From assembly GCA_963762255.1 (NCBI GenBank), contig CAVXKA010000001.1, forward strand, positions 1,568,001 to 1,632,000: a stretch of 64,000 bases of DNA, read 5' to 3'. Position 1 is the first letter of the stretch. Each line of letters starts with the position of its first letter. Source of the stretch: Candidatus Eiseniibacteriota bacterium. Lineage in GTDB: Bacteria; Eisenbacteria; RBG-16-71-46; JABDJR01. Below the pieces are notes generated by a model that was given only the letters and a program-made list of their open reading frames with translations, did no database searches and was not told the origin of the DNA. Below are positions 39,770 to 49,449 of the stretch, piece after piece. Made by a program: the position numbers and the translations under genes.

Positions 39770-41412
39770 CGCGGGGCGGCGCGCAACTCCACGTGCTGCT
39801 CCTCGCGATCGCCGCGATGGTGGTGGCGGGGCCGTTGCTCTTGCCCTACCGCAGCGTTCCGTTTCAACGCTCCGACGGTGCATGGGTGCAGCTACCCGCG
39901 CCGAACCGGCTCACGCACGTCTCCGACGTGTGGGATTACTTGCAGCAGGCACGGCAGATCCAATCCGGCGCCGGTTTCTCGAGCCTCTTCACCTATGTGC
40001 CGTTCCTCCCCGAGTCGGTGACGCCTGCGGGAGAGCCGCGCGCAGCGGGCGCCGGCAAGGACGTCGCCGGCGCTGAGCGTGGTGCGGTCACCGGCGCGAG
40101 TCCCCGGGCGTTCCCTCAGTTCTGGCGCCAACCCGGTCACCCTGTCCTTCTCGCCGGGGCATTCGTCCTCGCCGGCGGGGCGCACCCCGACGCGATGCTG
40201 ATCCTGCAGGCGTTCTTCGTCCTCCTGCTGCCGATCGCGACCTACGTGTTGGGTCGCACCATGGTCGCACCCGGCTGGGCGGCGATGGCCGCGCTCTGGA
40301 CGCTTCTTGCGCCGGTCGTGCTCGGCGTCCGCGAGCCGCTGGTGACCACGACCTTCTTCGCCTCTCTGGTCGCGTTGCTGTTGACCGCGGTCCTGGTCGC
40401 GCGCCGCCCGCTGGCCTGGTTCGGCGTCGGCGTTTTCTTGGGCGCGACGGCGCTCGTGCGATTCGAGACGTGGCTCTTGGTGCCCGGACTTCTCGTCGCG
40501 ATGCGGACGGTGCGTGGCGAGCGCCGTCTCTCCGCCGCGCTGCTGCTTCTCGGCGGCGCGCTCCTCGTTGTGCTCCCGTGGCACCTGCGCCTGTTCGCCC
40601 TGACCGGCGATCCGTTCTACAACGCGACCTCGCTTCTCTTTCACGATACGCCCGCGTTCCCGGGCTGGGAGGCTTCGCGCACCCTCGCCGTGCGCTCGAT
40701 CTCCCCGTGGTCCTTCGTGGTCGCGCACCCGGGGGACGTGGCCGCGAAGACCGCGCTCGACCTCGCGCGGTTTGCGCGCGACTTCGTGCTCCTCCCCTCG
40801 CCTTTCCTGGCTCCGTTTCTGTGGTTTGCTGTGCTGCGGAAAGGCTCTGAGCCCCGCACGCGCGCGTTTCTGGCGGGTGGCGTGACCGCAACGCTGGTCG
40901 TCATCGCCGTCCTCGCGCCGATGGAGTACGCTCCTCGATTCCTCGGCCCGCTCGTGCCCGCGTTCGCGGTGGGAGCGGCGATGGGGATGAGCCGGCTGCC
41001 GCGGCACCGCACGCTCCTGGCCGGCGTCGCGACGACGGTGGCGGTGATCCTGCTCGTCGGCTCACTCCGGTCGCGGGGGACCGACGAGAGCTCGCTGCTT
41101 GCCGCGAAGGGGTTGAACGTCTTGATGTCCGAACCCGACATCCGCAACCGCGCCGATGGAGCGATCGTCCTCAGCGATGCCCCTACCCTCTACGCATGGA
41201 TCTGGAATCGTCCCGCAGTGGCGGCCCCGTTGCCGGGCGACATCCCCGGCGTGCGCTCCCTGGCGCCCGACGTGATCGCGCTCATCACCTGTGCCGCCGG
41301 TGTGGGCGAGTTCCTGGAGCCGGACCTGGTCCGTGCCTACGCCGAGCAGGGAGGCTCTATCCGGGGGACGAGTTGTCCGACCGCGATCGTCTGGGAAGAG
41401 GGCCGGCCATGA
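39766..41412 (+). CDS. GT-C fold membrane glycosyltransferase (ArnT/PMT-like)
   Basis: TM1 then SDVWDY...ARQI..G.G, RQPGHP, LVRFE, PWHLR...TGDPF, PRF; many TMs. Confidence 0.65.
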   Translation: MTRGGAQLHVLLLAIAAMVVAGPLLLPYRSVPFQRSDGAWVQLPAPNRLTHVSDVWDYLQQARQIQSGAGFSSLFTYVPFLPESVTPAGEPRAAGAGKDVAGAERGAVTGASPRAFPQFWRQPGHPVLLAGAFVLAGGAHPDAMLILQAFFVLLLPIATYVLGRTMVAPGWAAMAALWTLLAPVVLGVREPLVTTTFFASLVALLLTAVLVARRPLAWFGVGVFLGATALVRFETWLLVPGLLVAMRTVRGERRLSAALLLLGGALLVVLPWHLRLFALTGDPFYNATSLLFHDTPAFPGWEASRTLAVRSISPWSFVVAHPGDVAAKTALDLARFARDFVLLPSPFLAPFLWFAVLRKGSEPRTRAFLAGGVTATLVVIAVLAPMEYAPRFLGPLVPAFAVGAAMGMSRLPRHRTLLAGVATTVAVILLVGSLRSRGTDESSLLAAKGLNVLMSEPDIRNRADGAIVLSDAPTLYAWIWNRPAVAAPLPGDIPGVRSLAPDVIALITCAAGVGEFLEPDLVRAYAEQGGSIRGTSCPTAIVWEEGRP

Positions 41413-42683
41413 GCGAGACGCGACTCCTGCCGTTCCCTCCGCCCTACCGGGCCGCGCTCGCTCTGTCCAACGATCTCGACAATCTCTTCGAGCCGCGCGG
41501 CTGGTGGGAGTTCCTGCGCTTTCTCAATACGGAGGACGCGACGCGCTTCGGGCCGGGGCTCGGCCTCGAGGTGGGGGACTCGTTCTGGTTCTACAGCGAC
41601 GATCCCGAGGGGCAGCCGGCGTCCTACTTCGAGGGCTTGAGCGGTACGCCCTCCGCGTTTGCGCCGTTCATCGGAGCGCTTGGCCGCGCCGGGTATCTCG
41701 ACACGCTCCATAGCTACGGCAATTTCAGCCGCCACGGCGGGTTCACGCGGGCCCTCGCCGAGCGCGCGGCGTCTGCGCTGCGCGATCTCGGCTTCGTGCC
41801 CAGCGTGTGGGTCAACCACGGCGGCGCGCACGATTTCCAAAACCTCTGGATGGGATGCGGCGACGTTCCGGAGAACCCGGAGGCGGAAGGCGCGCCCGCG
41901 CCAGAGTACCACCTCGATCTCACCTGGTCCCTGGGACTCCGGTATGCCTGGCTGGGCGAGCTGACCTCGATCCCCGGCCAGGCCCGCCCGTTGGGGCTTG
42001 GAGATTGGGTGAGCCCCGGTTCGCCGGCGCCTCGCGAGGCGCTCACCTGCGGCGCCCGCGCGCTGGCGCGCAGGCTCGCCTACCGCGATGTGCTCGCGCG
42101 CACTCCGCATCCCGACATTCTTCGCAACCGCCTCATCACGCCGCGGCGACTTCGCGACGGGCGGATCGTGCAATCGTTCGTGCGATGCGGCGATTTCGCG
42201 CGCGCCACCTTCGCCGATCTTGCGTGGCTACTGCGCCCCGGATTCCTGGATGCGCTCGAGCGCTCGCGCGGATGCTCGGCAGTGTTCCTGCACTGGGGAA
42301 AGCACCCGGGACGCCGCTTCGAGAACTTGGATCCCGCTGGGCTTGGCGCACTGCGCGAGCTTGCGGCGCGAGCGCGTGACCGCCGCATCTGGGTCACCAC
42401 GACCGGTCGGCTTCTCGCCTACGCCGAAGCCCGCGACGCGATCCGGGTCGAGCCGGTTGCACGCGGTCGCGTGCGGCTTCGCGCCGAGCCGCTCCCCGAC
42501 GGGCGGCAGCTCACCGTCGAGGATCTCGCGGGCCTCGCGTTTCACGTGGGGGCGGGGCCGCTCCCCGAGTTCCTCTTCGAGGATCGCCCGCTCGTGGTGG
42601 AGCCTCTGCCCGGTGAACCGGGTGTGGCCTGGGTGCCGCGAGTGCCGCTGCGGTTTCCCGAGCCGCCGGGGGCGGGGGCATGA
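41409..42683 (+). CDS. polysaccharide deacetylase-like (NodB-fold) protein
   Basis: ALALSNDLD, DTLHSYG, WVNHG, FLHWG, IWVTT...L.Y pattern. Confidence 0.55.
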   Translation: MSETRLLPFPPPYRAALALSNDLDNLFEPRGWWEFLRFLNTEDATRFGPGLGLEVGDSFWFYSDDPEGQPASYFEGLSGTPSAFAPFIGALGRAGYLDTLHSYGNFSRHGGFTRALAERAASALRDLGFVPSVWVNHGGAHDFQNLWMGCGDVPENPEAEGAPAPEYHLDLTWSLGLRYAWLGELTSIPGQARPLGLGDWVSPGSPAPREALTCGARALARRLAYRDVLARTPHPDILRNRLITPRRLRDGRIVQSFVRCGDFARATFADLAWLLRPGFLDALERSRGCSAVFLHWGKHPGRRFENLDPAGLGALRELAARARDRRIWVTTTGRLLAYAEARDAIRVEPVARGRVRLRAEPLPDGRQLTVEDLAGLAFHVGAGPLPEFLFEDRPLVVEPLPGEPGVAWVPRVPLRFPEPPGAGA

Positions 42684-43693
42684 CCGATTGGATCGTGCGC
42701 GAAGCCACTCCGACCGATCGCGAGCGGCTGCGCCGTGAGGAAGAAGCCACTTTCGGCAGCGCGGCCGTGATGCGCTCACGCTGGCTACTCGAGGACAATC
42801 CCGCGGGCAAGGCGGTGGTGATGATTGCGTTGGCCGACGACGGCCGCATCGCCGGCGGCCGTGCGCTCTTTCCGTGGGACTTGATGGTGGACGGGACGCG
42901 CGTGAAAGTGGCGCAGAGCGGGCGCCTGTGGACGCACCCCGAATTCCGGTTGCGGGGAGTGTCGGTAGCGCTCGGCCGCGGGTTTCAGAGCGCGACGAGG
43001 GAGCGCGGGTTCCCCATGTTCTTCGCGATTCCAAGCGCGCACTCGATCCGGGGGCATCTCCGTCTCGGTCACCTCATCGATCCGGGCATGCAGCGCCGGC
43101 AGATCGTGGTGAGCCCGCGATTTGTCGTGCCGCGTGCCCCCGCCGCGCTGGATCGACCGCTCCGGTGGCTGCGCGGGGCGAATGCGCGGCGGTTGGGGCG
43201 TGGAGCTGGAGCGTGGCAACGGGAGCCGGAGCCGGGCCGCGTCGCGGAGACGCTGTGGCCCCGCATCGCCGGCCGCCCGGGTGTGCGCGGTGTTCGCGAC
43301 GGCGCGTTCGTGATGTGGCGATACGGTGCAGGGACGAGCCTCGGCTACCGCACGTGGAGCTATCCCGCCGGCGATCCGCGCATTCTGGCTGTCACCGTCC
43401 GCGAAGGAACGCGCGAGCGCATCCTCGACATGTGGGGCGACGCCGATCCGGACACCTTCGCGGCGGCGACGGCGAAGCTGGTGGAACTTCAGGCGACGGA
43501 GGGGGCCTGGCTTGTGGAATGGTGCCCGAGCGAGAACGGCCCCTGGGGAGGGATCGCGGGCGGTGCGGGGTTCCTCCGCCGGCGCAAAGGCACCCCGCTC
43601 GTTCGTTGGTTTCCCGGCCCCCCGGATGCGACCGGGGCCCTCGCCGATCCCAGTCGTTTCGAGTTGACCGAGGGCGACACCGACTATGCCTAG
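42680..43693 (+). CDS. GNAT-family acyltransferase (polysaccharide-cluster type)
   Basis: W...NP.G, THPEFR.RG, RD..F..WRY, C-terminal GDTD. Confidence 0.75.
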   Translation: MTDWIVREATPTDRERLRREEEATFGSAAVMRSRWLLEDNPAGKAVVMIALADDGRIAGGRALFPWDLMVDGTRVKVAQSGRLWTHPEFRLRGVSVALGRGFQSATRERGFPMFFAIPSAHSIRGHLRLGHLIDPGMQRRQIVVSPRFVVPRAPAALDRPLRWLRGANARRLGRGAGAWQREPEPGRVAETLWPRIAGRPGVRGVRDGAFVMWRYGAGTSLGYRTWSYPAGDPRILAVTVREGTRERILDMWGDADPDTFAAATAKLVELQATEGAWLVEWCPSENGPWGGIAGGAGFLRRRKGTPLVRWFPGPPDATGALADPSRFELTEGDTDYA

Positions 43694-45251
43694 CCGCATC
43701 CGGACGAACATGCTTTCGCTCGGGGCGTCATTCTTCTTCACTGCGGCCCTCGCGTTCCTGCAAGTCAAGATCCTCACCAACTTCCTGGATCAGGACTCGG
43801 TCGGCGTGTGGTCGGCGGTGCTCGCGGTGGGCGCCCTGCTTGGGACGCTTTCCGAACTCGGATTGCCCCAGGTGCTGGTGCGCTATGGCGCGAAGTTCGA
43901 CGCTGAGCGCAGGCTCTCCCGCCTCTCGGATCTGTTCGCGTTCTCGCTCAGGGTCTTCTTCGTGGCCGCGTTGGTGATGGTGGGATTGCTGCTGTTCGCC
44001 GGCCCGCTGGTCGCGCAAGTCCTGGGCGGTTCGGCGGTCAATCGCTGGGTGCTCATCCTGGGCTATCTCGCCATGGCCAGCGGCAGCCTGCGTGCCATCA
44101 ACAACGCGGCGTTCCGCGGGCTACGCCGCATGGTGGCGATGGCGGTGCTCGAGATCCTGTTTTCCACGGTGGTGACGGTGGGGTACTTCCTCACGCGGCA
44201 CCGGATGAGCGTGGATCTGGCGCTGTGGATCTTTCTCGGCGCGAGCCTCCTGGTGGCGGCGGCCGGCATGCTCGTGCTCACCGCCTTGCTCGCGCGACTT
44301 CGCCGCGAGGCGCCCTCGGCGGCGTCGAGCGGCGGCGTGTTCACCGAAGTGCGCGGCTTCTGGCAGGGGGTCGCGGTTTCCGGGGTCCTCCTCATCGCCA
44401 TCGAACAGCTCGACAAGCCGCTGCTCGCCGCCCTGGTCTCGTTCTCCGCGCTGGCTGTCTTCCACGTGGCGGCACGGCTGCAGGTCTTTGCGCGCAGGCT
44501 TCTCTACGTGCCGTTCCAGGTGATGTTCCCCGAGATCACGCACAAGTGGGAAGGACCCCGCCGAGGCGAACTGCGGGCGGACATGGAGCTCTTCACCAAG
44601 CTGGAGCTGGGTCTCGGTCTCATGCTGACGGTATTCCTAGCAGTGTTTGCACGACCGCTCTTGCTATTGATCAGCACGCCGGAGTTTCTGAGCGGCGCGC
44701 CCGTGATCTGGATCTTTACCGCTGTGCTCCCGCTCCTCTGCCTGAACCAGCCGCTGGCGCTGTTTCTGCGCGCTGTTGGCTACATCTGGTACGCGGTCAT
44801 CAACGACGCGCTGTGGCTGGCGGTGTACCTGACCCTGGGCACGGTGTTCGTGAAGGTTTTCCATCTCGGACTACCGGGCTTCGTGCTCGGGCAGCCGATT
44901 GCCTCGGTGATCGTGCTCGCCTACAGCCTGGCCGTGTTCCACAAGCTGGGCCTGCCCCGGCCGCCGCTGGCGTTCTTCATCAAGCGGCTCGCTCTCTCCG
45001 CGGTGGTGTGGGCGCTGTGCGCGACCGCCGGCAGCGCGCTTCCGCCGCTGGATTGGTGGCAGCTCCTCCTCATCGCACTCGCGCTGGGCGTGATCGGCAA
45101 CTTCCTTCTCGTGCGTGGCGGCTACCTCACCCGCGCCGAAGAAGAGCGAGCGGTGGCGATGTTTGCCGGCCGCGGGGCTGCGGGGCGAGCCGCACGCTTC
45201 CTGTTTGCGTGGCCTCGTCGGGGGCCTGCGGCGCTGCGCGCCGGACGCTGA
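43686..45251 (+). CDS. oligosaccharide flippase (Wzx/MOP family)
   Basis: About 14 hydrophobic segments, ELGL...VRY, LDK.L, FP motifs; locus context. Confidence 0.82.
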   Translation: MPSRIRTNMLSLGASFFFTAALAFLQVKILTNFLDQDSVGVWSAVLAVGALLGTLSELGLPQVLVRYGAKFDAERRLSRLSDLFAFSLRVFFVAALVMVGLLLFAGPLVAQVLGGSAVNRWVLILGYLAMASGSLRAINNAAFRGLRRMVAMAVLEILFSTVVTVGYFLTRHRMSVDLALWIFLGASLLVAAAGMLVLTALLARLRREAPSAASSGGVFTEVRGFWQGVAVSGVLLIAIEQLDKPLLAALVSFSALAVFHVAARLQVFARRLLYVPFQVMFPEITHKWEGPRRGELRADMELFTKLELGLGLMLTVFLAVFARPLLLLISTPEFLSGAPVIWIFTAVLPLLCLNQPLALFLRAVGYIWYAVINDALWLAVYLTLGTVFVKVFHLGLPGFVLGQPIASVIVLAYSLAVFHKLGLPRPPLAFFIKRLALSAVVWALCATAGSALPPLDWWQLLLIALALGVIGNFLLVRGGYLTRAEEERAVAMFAGRGAAGRAARFLFAWPRRGPAALRAGR

Positions 45252-45256
45252 GCGTG

Positions 45257-46282
45257 ATGCCGAGCGTGCGCCCGCTGAAGGATCTTCCCCCCGCGGCGGT
45301 GCGGCTGCTCGATCGCGCGGGGGCGACCGTCCTCTTTCACCAACCGCGCTGGATCGAGGCGATGCGGCAGGCGTATCCGCGCTTTCGCCCCTCCCACCTG
45401 GTGCTCGAAGAAGACGGCGCAATCACCGGCGTGCTGCCGGTGCTCGAGAAACGAGCGTGGGGGTTGGGCGAGGTCGTCTCGAACCCCTTCGGAACCTACG
45501 GGGGTCCGATCCTCGATGCGAACGCCACCCGCGAAGGAGTGCGGGCACTAGCCGCGGCCTTCCTCGCCCGTGCGCGACGGTTCGGAGTGCTCCGGTTCGA
45601 GATGTCGGTGTTCGATGCCGCTCCGGAGACGCAGCAGCAACTCGTCGCTGTGCTCGGCGCGTTCGCCCTACCTAGCAGCACCTGGCTCATCGACCTGAAC
45701 GGAGGCGAGGAGGCGGTGTGGAACGGGTACGAGGGGCGGGCGCGCACCGCGGTGCGGCGGGCCCGGGAACTGGGCGTCACCACGGCACCGGAAGAGGGAG
45801 ACGCAGCGGTCGCCGCGTTGCACGCGCTTCACGAAGGGCAGGGCCGCCGGCGTCCGCTGCCCTGGTACCACGCCCGCGAGGGGTTGGTCGCGGTGAAGGC
45901 GGTTCTCGGCGACGATGCCCGCATCTGGCTCGCCCGACACGAGGGGAAGACGCTGGCAGCGGCGCTCGTGCTGTCCAACCCGGGCGCCGACACGCACGTA
46001 TGGGTCACCGGCGCATCCGACGCGGCGCGCCCGGTGCACGCCTTCACGCTACTCATGCACGATGCGATCGCCGATGCCGCCCGCCGTGGACAGCGCGTGT
46101 GGGACTTCGGTGCCAGCGCCGACGATCCCCATGTGGAGTTCTTCAAGCGCGCATTCGGCGGGGGCCCGAAAGAGACGCTGCGCTTCTTTCACCAGGCGGC
46201 CTGGGTGGCGCCCGCTCGCCGGCGCTTGCTCCCGTCCGGCGGTCCCTCTACACTCAGGCGCCTTTGGTTGGGGAGGCCATGA
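45257..46282 (+). CDS. FemAB-like GNAT protein (paralogue of 38783-39769)
   Basis: LFHQPRWIEA, NPFGTYGG, VLRFEM, WDFGAS...EFFKRAFGG. Confidence 0.8.
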   Translation: MPSVRPLKDLPPAAVRLLDRAGATVLFHQPRWIEAMRQAYPRFRPSHLVLEEDGAITGVLPVLEKRAWGLGEVVSNPFGTYGGPILDANATREGVRALAAAFLARARRFGVLRFEMSVFDAAPETQQQLVAVLGAFALPSSTWLIDLNGGEEAVWNGYEGRARTAVRRARELGVTTAPEEGDAAVAALHALHEGQGRRRPLPWYHAREGLVAVKAVLGDDARIWLARHEGKTLAAALVLSNPGADTHVWVTGASDAARPVHAFTLLMHDAIADAARRGQRVWDFGASADDPHVEFFKRAFGGGPKETLRFFHQAAWVAPARRRLLPSGGPSTLRRLWLGRP

Positions 46283-47319
46283 TGACACTGCGCAACGCAT
46301 CACATCCGTCGTATCGGGCGCGGATCCGCGGGCTCTTCGCGGCCGCCATGCTGTGGGCCGCGGTCGGCTGCGGCCGAGGCGCCCCCGACATTCCTGAGGG
46401 GTGCTCTCTCGACGATGCGGTTCCATCTGAGGCGCGGGCAGCCGTGGAGCAGGCGGCGACCCGCTTCTTCGAGCACGCGCGTAAGGGAGAAGGGCAGGCG
46501 ATCTACGAGGAGGCGGCCGCGCTGGTTCGCGAGAGGAACTCGCCCGACCAGTTCCTGGCCCCCATCGCCCAGGTCGCACGCGAGATCGGCTTCCCTCCCC
46601 TCACCACGCGCTCGATCGCGGTGGTGCGCTTCGGGGAGAACACGCCGTATCAGCCCCGTCTCGACTGCTCCGTCCCCGGCAGCGAAGCCGTCACGACGCT
46701 TCTGCTCCCCGACTTTCCGGTGCAGGCGTCGCTCATCCAGGTGGGGGAGGCGTCGGGAGAGACGTTCTATTTCTCCACGGTCTGGTTCCGGGAACCGGAC
46801 GGGGCGTGGCGCATCGGCGCGTTCTTCACCAAACCGGCCACGATCTTTGCGAAGGGAACCGCGGAGTACGCCGAGGAGGCGGCGGCGCAGCGAGCGGAGG
46901 GCAATCGTCGCAACGCAGCGCTTCTATACAATCTGGCCATCGATCTGGTCGTGCCCGCGGCCTGGATCAAGCCTGCCGCCGTGGAGGATCTCCAGCGCCA
47001 GCAGAAGCGCATCACGGTGGACCGGCTTCCCTCCGACCGTCTCGATCCCTGGGCCGCCACTCCCGATACGTTCAACGTCTACTCGGTAGGGTACGCCATC
47101 TTCGGAGACGGTCTCGGAGTGGCCATCCGATACGAGACCGAAGGAGCGGTGAGCGACACGCTCTCGCAGAAGACCTATGCCGATCGCCTGATGCGCTATG
47201 TCGAAACGGAGTTCCCGGAATACCGAGCGGTGTTCCGCCACGTGGCTCTCGAAGGGCATGAGCAAGGGGACCGGTCGAAGGTATGGCGCCGCACCTATCC
47301 GCTGGAGCCGAATCCGTGA
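46279..47319 (+). CDS. hypothetical lipoprotein
   Basis: GGGAGG RBS, AVG-C lipobox, 4-nt overlaps on both sides. Confidence 0.7.
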   Translation: MMTLRNASHPSYRARIRGLFAAAMLWAAVGCGRGAPDIPEGCSLDDAVPSEARAAVEQAATRFFEHARKGEGQAIYEEAAALVRERNSPDQFLAPIAQVAREIGFPPLTTRSIAVVRFGENTPYQPRLDCSVPGSEAVTTLLLPDFPVQASLIQVGEASGETFYFSTVWFREPDGAWRIGAFFTKPATIFAKGTAEYAEEAAAQRAEGNRRNAALLYNLAIDLVVPAAWIKPAAVEDLQRQQKRITVDRLPSDRLDPWAATPDTFNVYSVGYAIFGDGLGVAIRYETEGAVSDTLSQKTYADRLMRYVETEFPEYRAVFRHVALEGHEQGDRSKVWRRTYPLEPNP

Positions 47320-48458
47320 GCGAGCGGCGGCCGCTCACCCTCGCCTATCTCTCCATCGGCCGGCACATCCACACGGAACGCTGGCTCACCTGGTTCGCAA
47401 GGCGGGGCCACTCGGTGCATCTTCTCACCGTGCAGCCCGGACCCATGCCGGGTGTGGCGGTGCACGACATCACCACGACGTGGGGGCCGAAGCCGGTGCG
47501 CTACGCGCGAAGCCTGGTCCAGGTGAAGCGCCTCCTGCGCGTCATCGACCCCGATCTGCTCCACACACACTTCCTCACCGGCTACGGGTACTGGGGCGTG
47601 TTCAGCGGCCGCCGGCCCTTCGTGCTCACGGTGTGGGGCGACGACGTCTACGTCACGCCGCACCAGACCTGGCTCAAGGGGCGCCTGGCCCGCCACGCGC
47701 TGCGCGCGGCGGACTACGTGACCGGCGATTCCGTGGACATCGTGGCCGACTGCGTGAAGCTGGGCGCGCGCGCAGATCGCGTCGAAGTGGTGCAGTGGGG
47801 GGTGGACTTCGCGCGGTTCAACTCGACGGTGTCCGGGGCGGCGATCCGCGAGCGACTCGGCATTCCGCCTGGCGCGCCCGTCGTGCTCTCGACACGCTCC
47901 TTCACCCAGCCCTATTACAACATCGATCTGGTCGTGGACACCGCGGCGCGGGTGCGCGCGCGTTTCCCGGACGTCCACTACATCATCGCCGGCAACGAAG
48001 GGGACGACGCCCGCTTTCGCGAGCACGCGCGCGCGGTCGGGCTCGTGGACCGGGTGCACTGGGTCGGACGCATCCCGCACGCGGAGCTTCCCGCCTGGCT
48101 CACCGCGAGCACGGTGTTCCTCACGATCCCCTCGGTGGATGCCACCGCCGTGAGTCTTCTGGAGGCGATGGCCTGCCGATGCGCCATCGTCGCCACCGAT
48201 CTTCCGTCCGCGGTCGAGTGGATCCGCCACGAAGAGACCGGTCTCGCCGTAACGCCGCGCGACGCGGATGGGCTGGTGGAGGCGATCTGTCGGTTCCTCA
48301 GCGACGCGCCACTGCGCGTGCGGGTGGGGGAGGCCGCCGAGAAGGTCGTACGGGCCAAGGCCGACCACGACCGCAACATGACGCGCGTCGAGGACATTTA
48401 CTACGCGCTCTCCGAAGGGCAGAACCCCTTCGCGGGCGCCGCCGGCGGGCGAGCGTGA
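47316..48458 (+). CDS. glycosyltransferase family 4
   Basis: IHT.RW, PD.LH.H, WG.DV, GVD, SLLEAMAC, TG..V..RD. Confidence 0.9.
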   Translation: MSERRPLTLAYLSIGRHIHTERWLTWFARRGHSVHLLTVQPGPMPGVAVHDITTTWGPKPVRYARSLVQVKRLLRVIDPDLLHTHFLTGYGYWGVFSGRRPFVLTVWGDDVYVTPHQTWLKGRLARHALRAADYVTGDSVDIVADCVKLGARADRVEVVQWGVDFARFNSTVSGAAIRERLGIPPGAPVVLSTRSFTQPYYNIDLVVDTAARVRARFPDVHYIIAGNEGDDARFREHARAVGLVDRVHWVGRIPHAELPAWLTASTVFLTIPSVDATAVSLLEAMACRCAIVATDLPSAVEWIRHEETGLAVTPRDADGLVEAICRFLSDAPLRVRVGEAAEKVVRAKADHDRNMTRVEDIYYALSEGQNPFAGAAGGRA

Positions 48459-48480
48459 AGGCGAGCCGCGCGTCGTGAGC

Positions 48481-49410
48481 ATGAAGACTTCAATCGTCAC
48501 CCCCACGCACAACAAGGAAGCGCTGCTGCGCCGCACGCTCGCTTCCCTGGAGCGCCAGGACGTCGGACCCGATGCGTTCGAAGTTGTGGTGGTGGACGAC
48601 GGATCGTCGGATGGAACCCCCGCGTTCCTGGCCGGATATCGCCCGCCCTTCGCGCTGCACGTCGTGCGGCAGGAGACGAACCAGGGGCGCGCGGCGGCTC
48701 GCAATCGCGGCCTGGAGCGGGCGACCGGCGACCTCGTGGTATTCCTCGACGACGACATGGAACTGGTGCCGGGATTCCTGCGCGCGCACCGCGAATTGCA
48801 TGAGCGAGACGCACGCACGGCGGGCATCGGCAACGTGGTGAATCACCCCGAGATCACCCAGGCCCCCATCGATCGCTACATGTCGACCCGCGGGGCGCAG
48901 AAGATCGGCGCGCGCGGGCCGCTTCCCTGGAAGTACTTCAGCACGAACAACGCGTCGGTGCGCCGCGACGACCTGGTTGCCGTCGGCGGCTTCGACGAGC
49001 GCTTCGTGCACTACGGGTTCGAGGACCTGGAGCTCGCCTGGCGGCTGGATCGGGAGCGAGGTCTCACATTTCGGTTCGTGGAGGGGGCGCGGTCGCTCCA
49101 CATCCATCCCCATTCCCTCGATGAAGTTCTCGAAAAGAAGACCTTGTGCGGGCGGTCCTCCTTGCCGTATTTGTTCCTCAAGCATCCGGAGACCCGCCGG
49201 GCGCTCCGTTTCGAGCGGTTCGATCCCCCGCGAGCCGGCGATCCCTTGGGCCTGAACCTGACCCGCGTGTTTTTCCGAACCCTGCTGACCCGGCCGGTGT
49301 ATAGGGCGGTGAAGCCCTTGGCCAGGCTCCCCCTGGGGAAGCTGACCGATGCGGTTCTGGACTACCTGGTGCAGTATCATTATCTCGAAGGGCTTCGGCA
49401 TCCGCTGTGA
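48481..49410 (+). CDS. glycosyltransferase family 2
   Basis: VDDGSSDGT, ARNRG, FLDDD, GGFDE.F..YG.EDLEL. Confidence 0.92.
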   Translation: MKTSIVTPTHNKEALLRRTLASLERQDVGPDAFEVVVVDDGSSDGTPAFLAGYRPPFALHVVRQETNQGRAAARNRGLERATGDLVVFLDDDMELVPGFLRAHRELHERDARTAGIGNVVNHPEITQAPIDRYMSTRGAQKIGARGPLPWKYFSTNNASVRRDDLVAVGGFDERFVHYGFEDLELAWRLDRERGLTFRFVEGARSLHIHPHSLDEVLEKKTLCGRSSLPYLFLKHPETRRALRFERFDPPRAGDPLGLNLTRVFFRTLLTRPVYRAVKPLARLPLGKLTDAVLDYLVQYHYLEGLRHPL

Positions 49411-49449
49411 GGGGCTGGGCTCGGCAAGACCGGGCCGCCGAACTGACAC

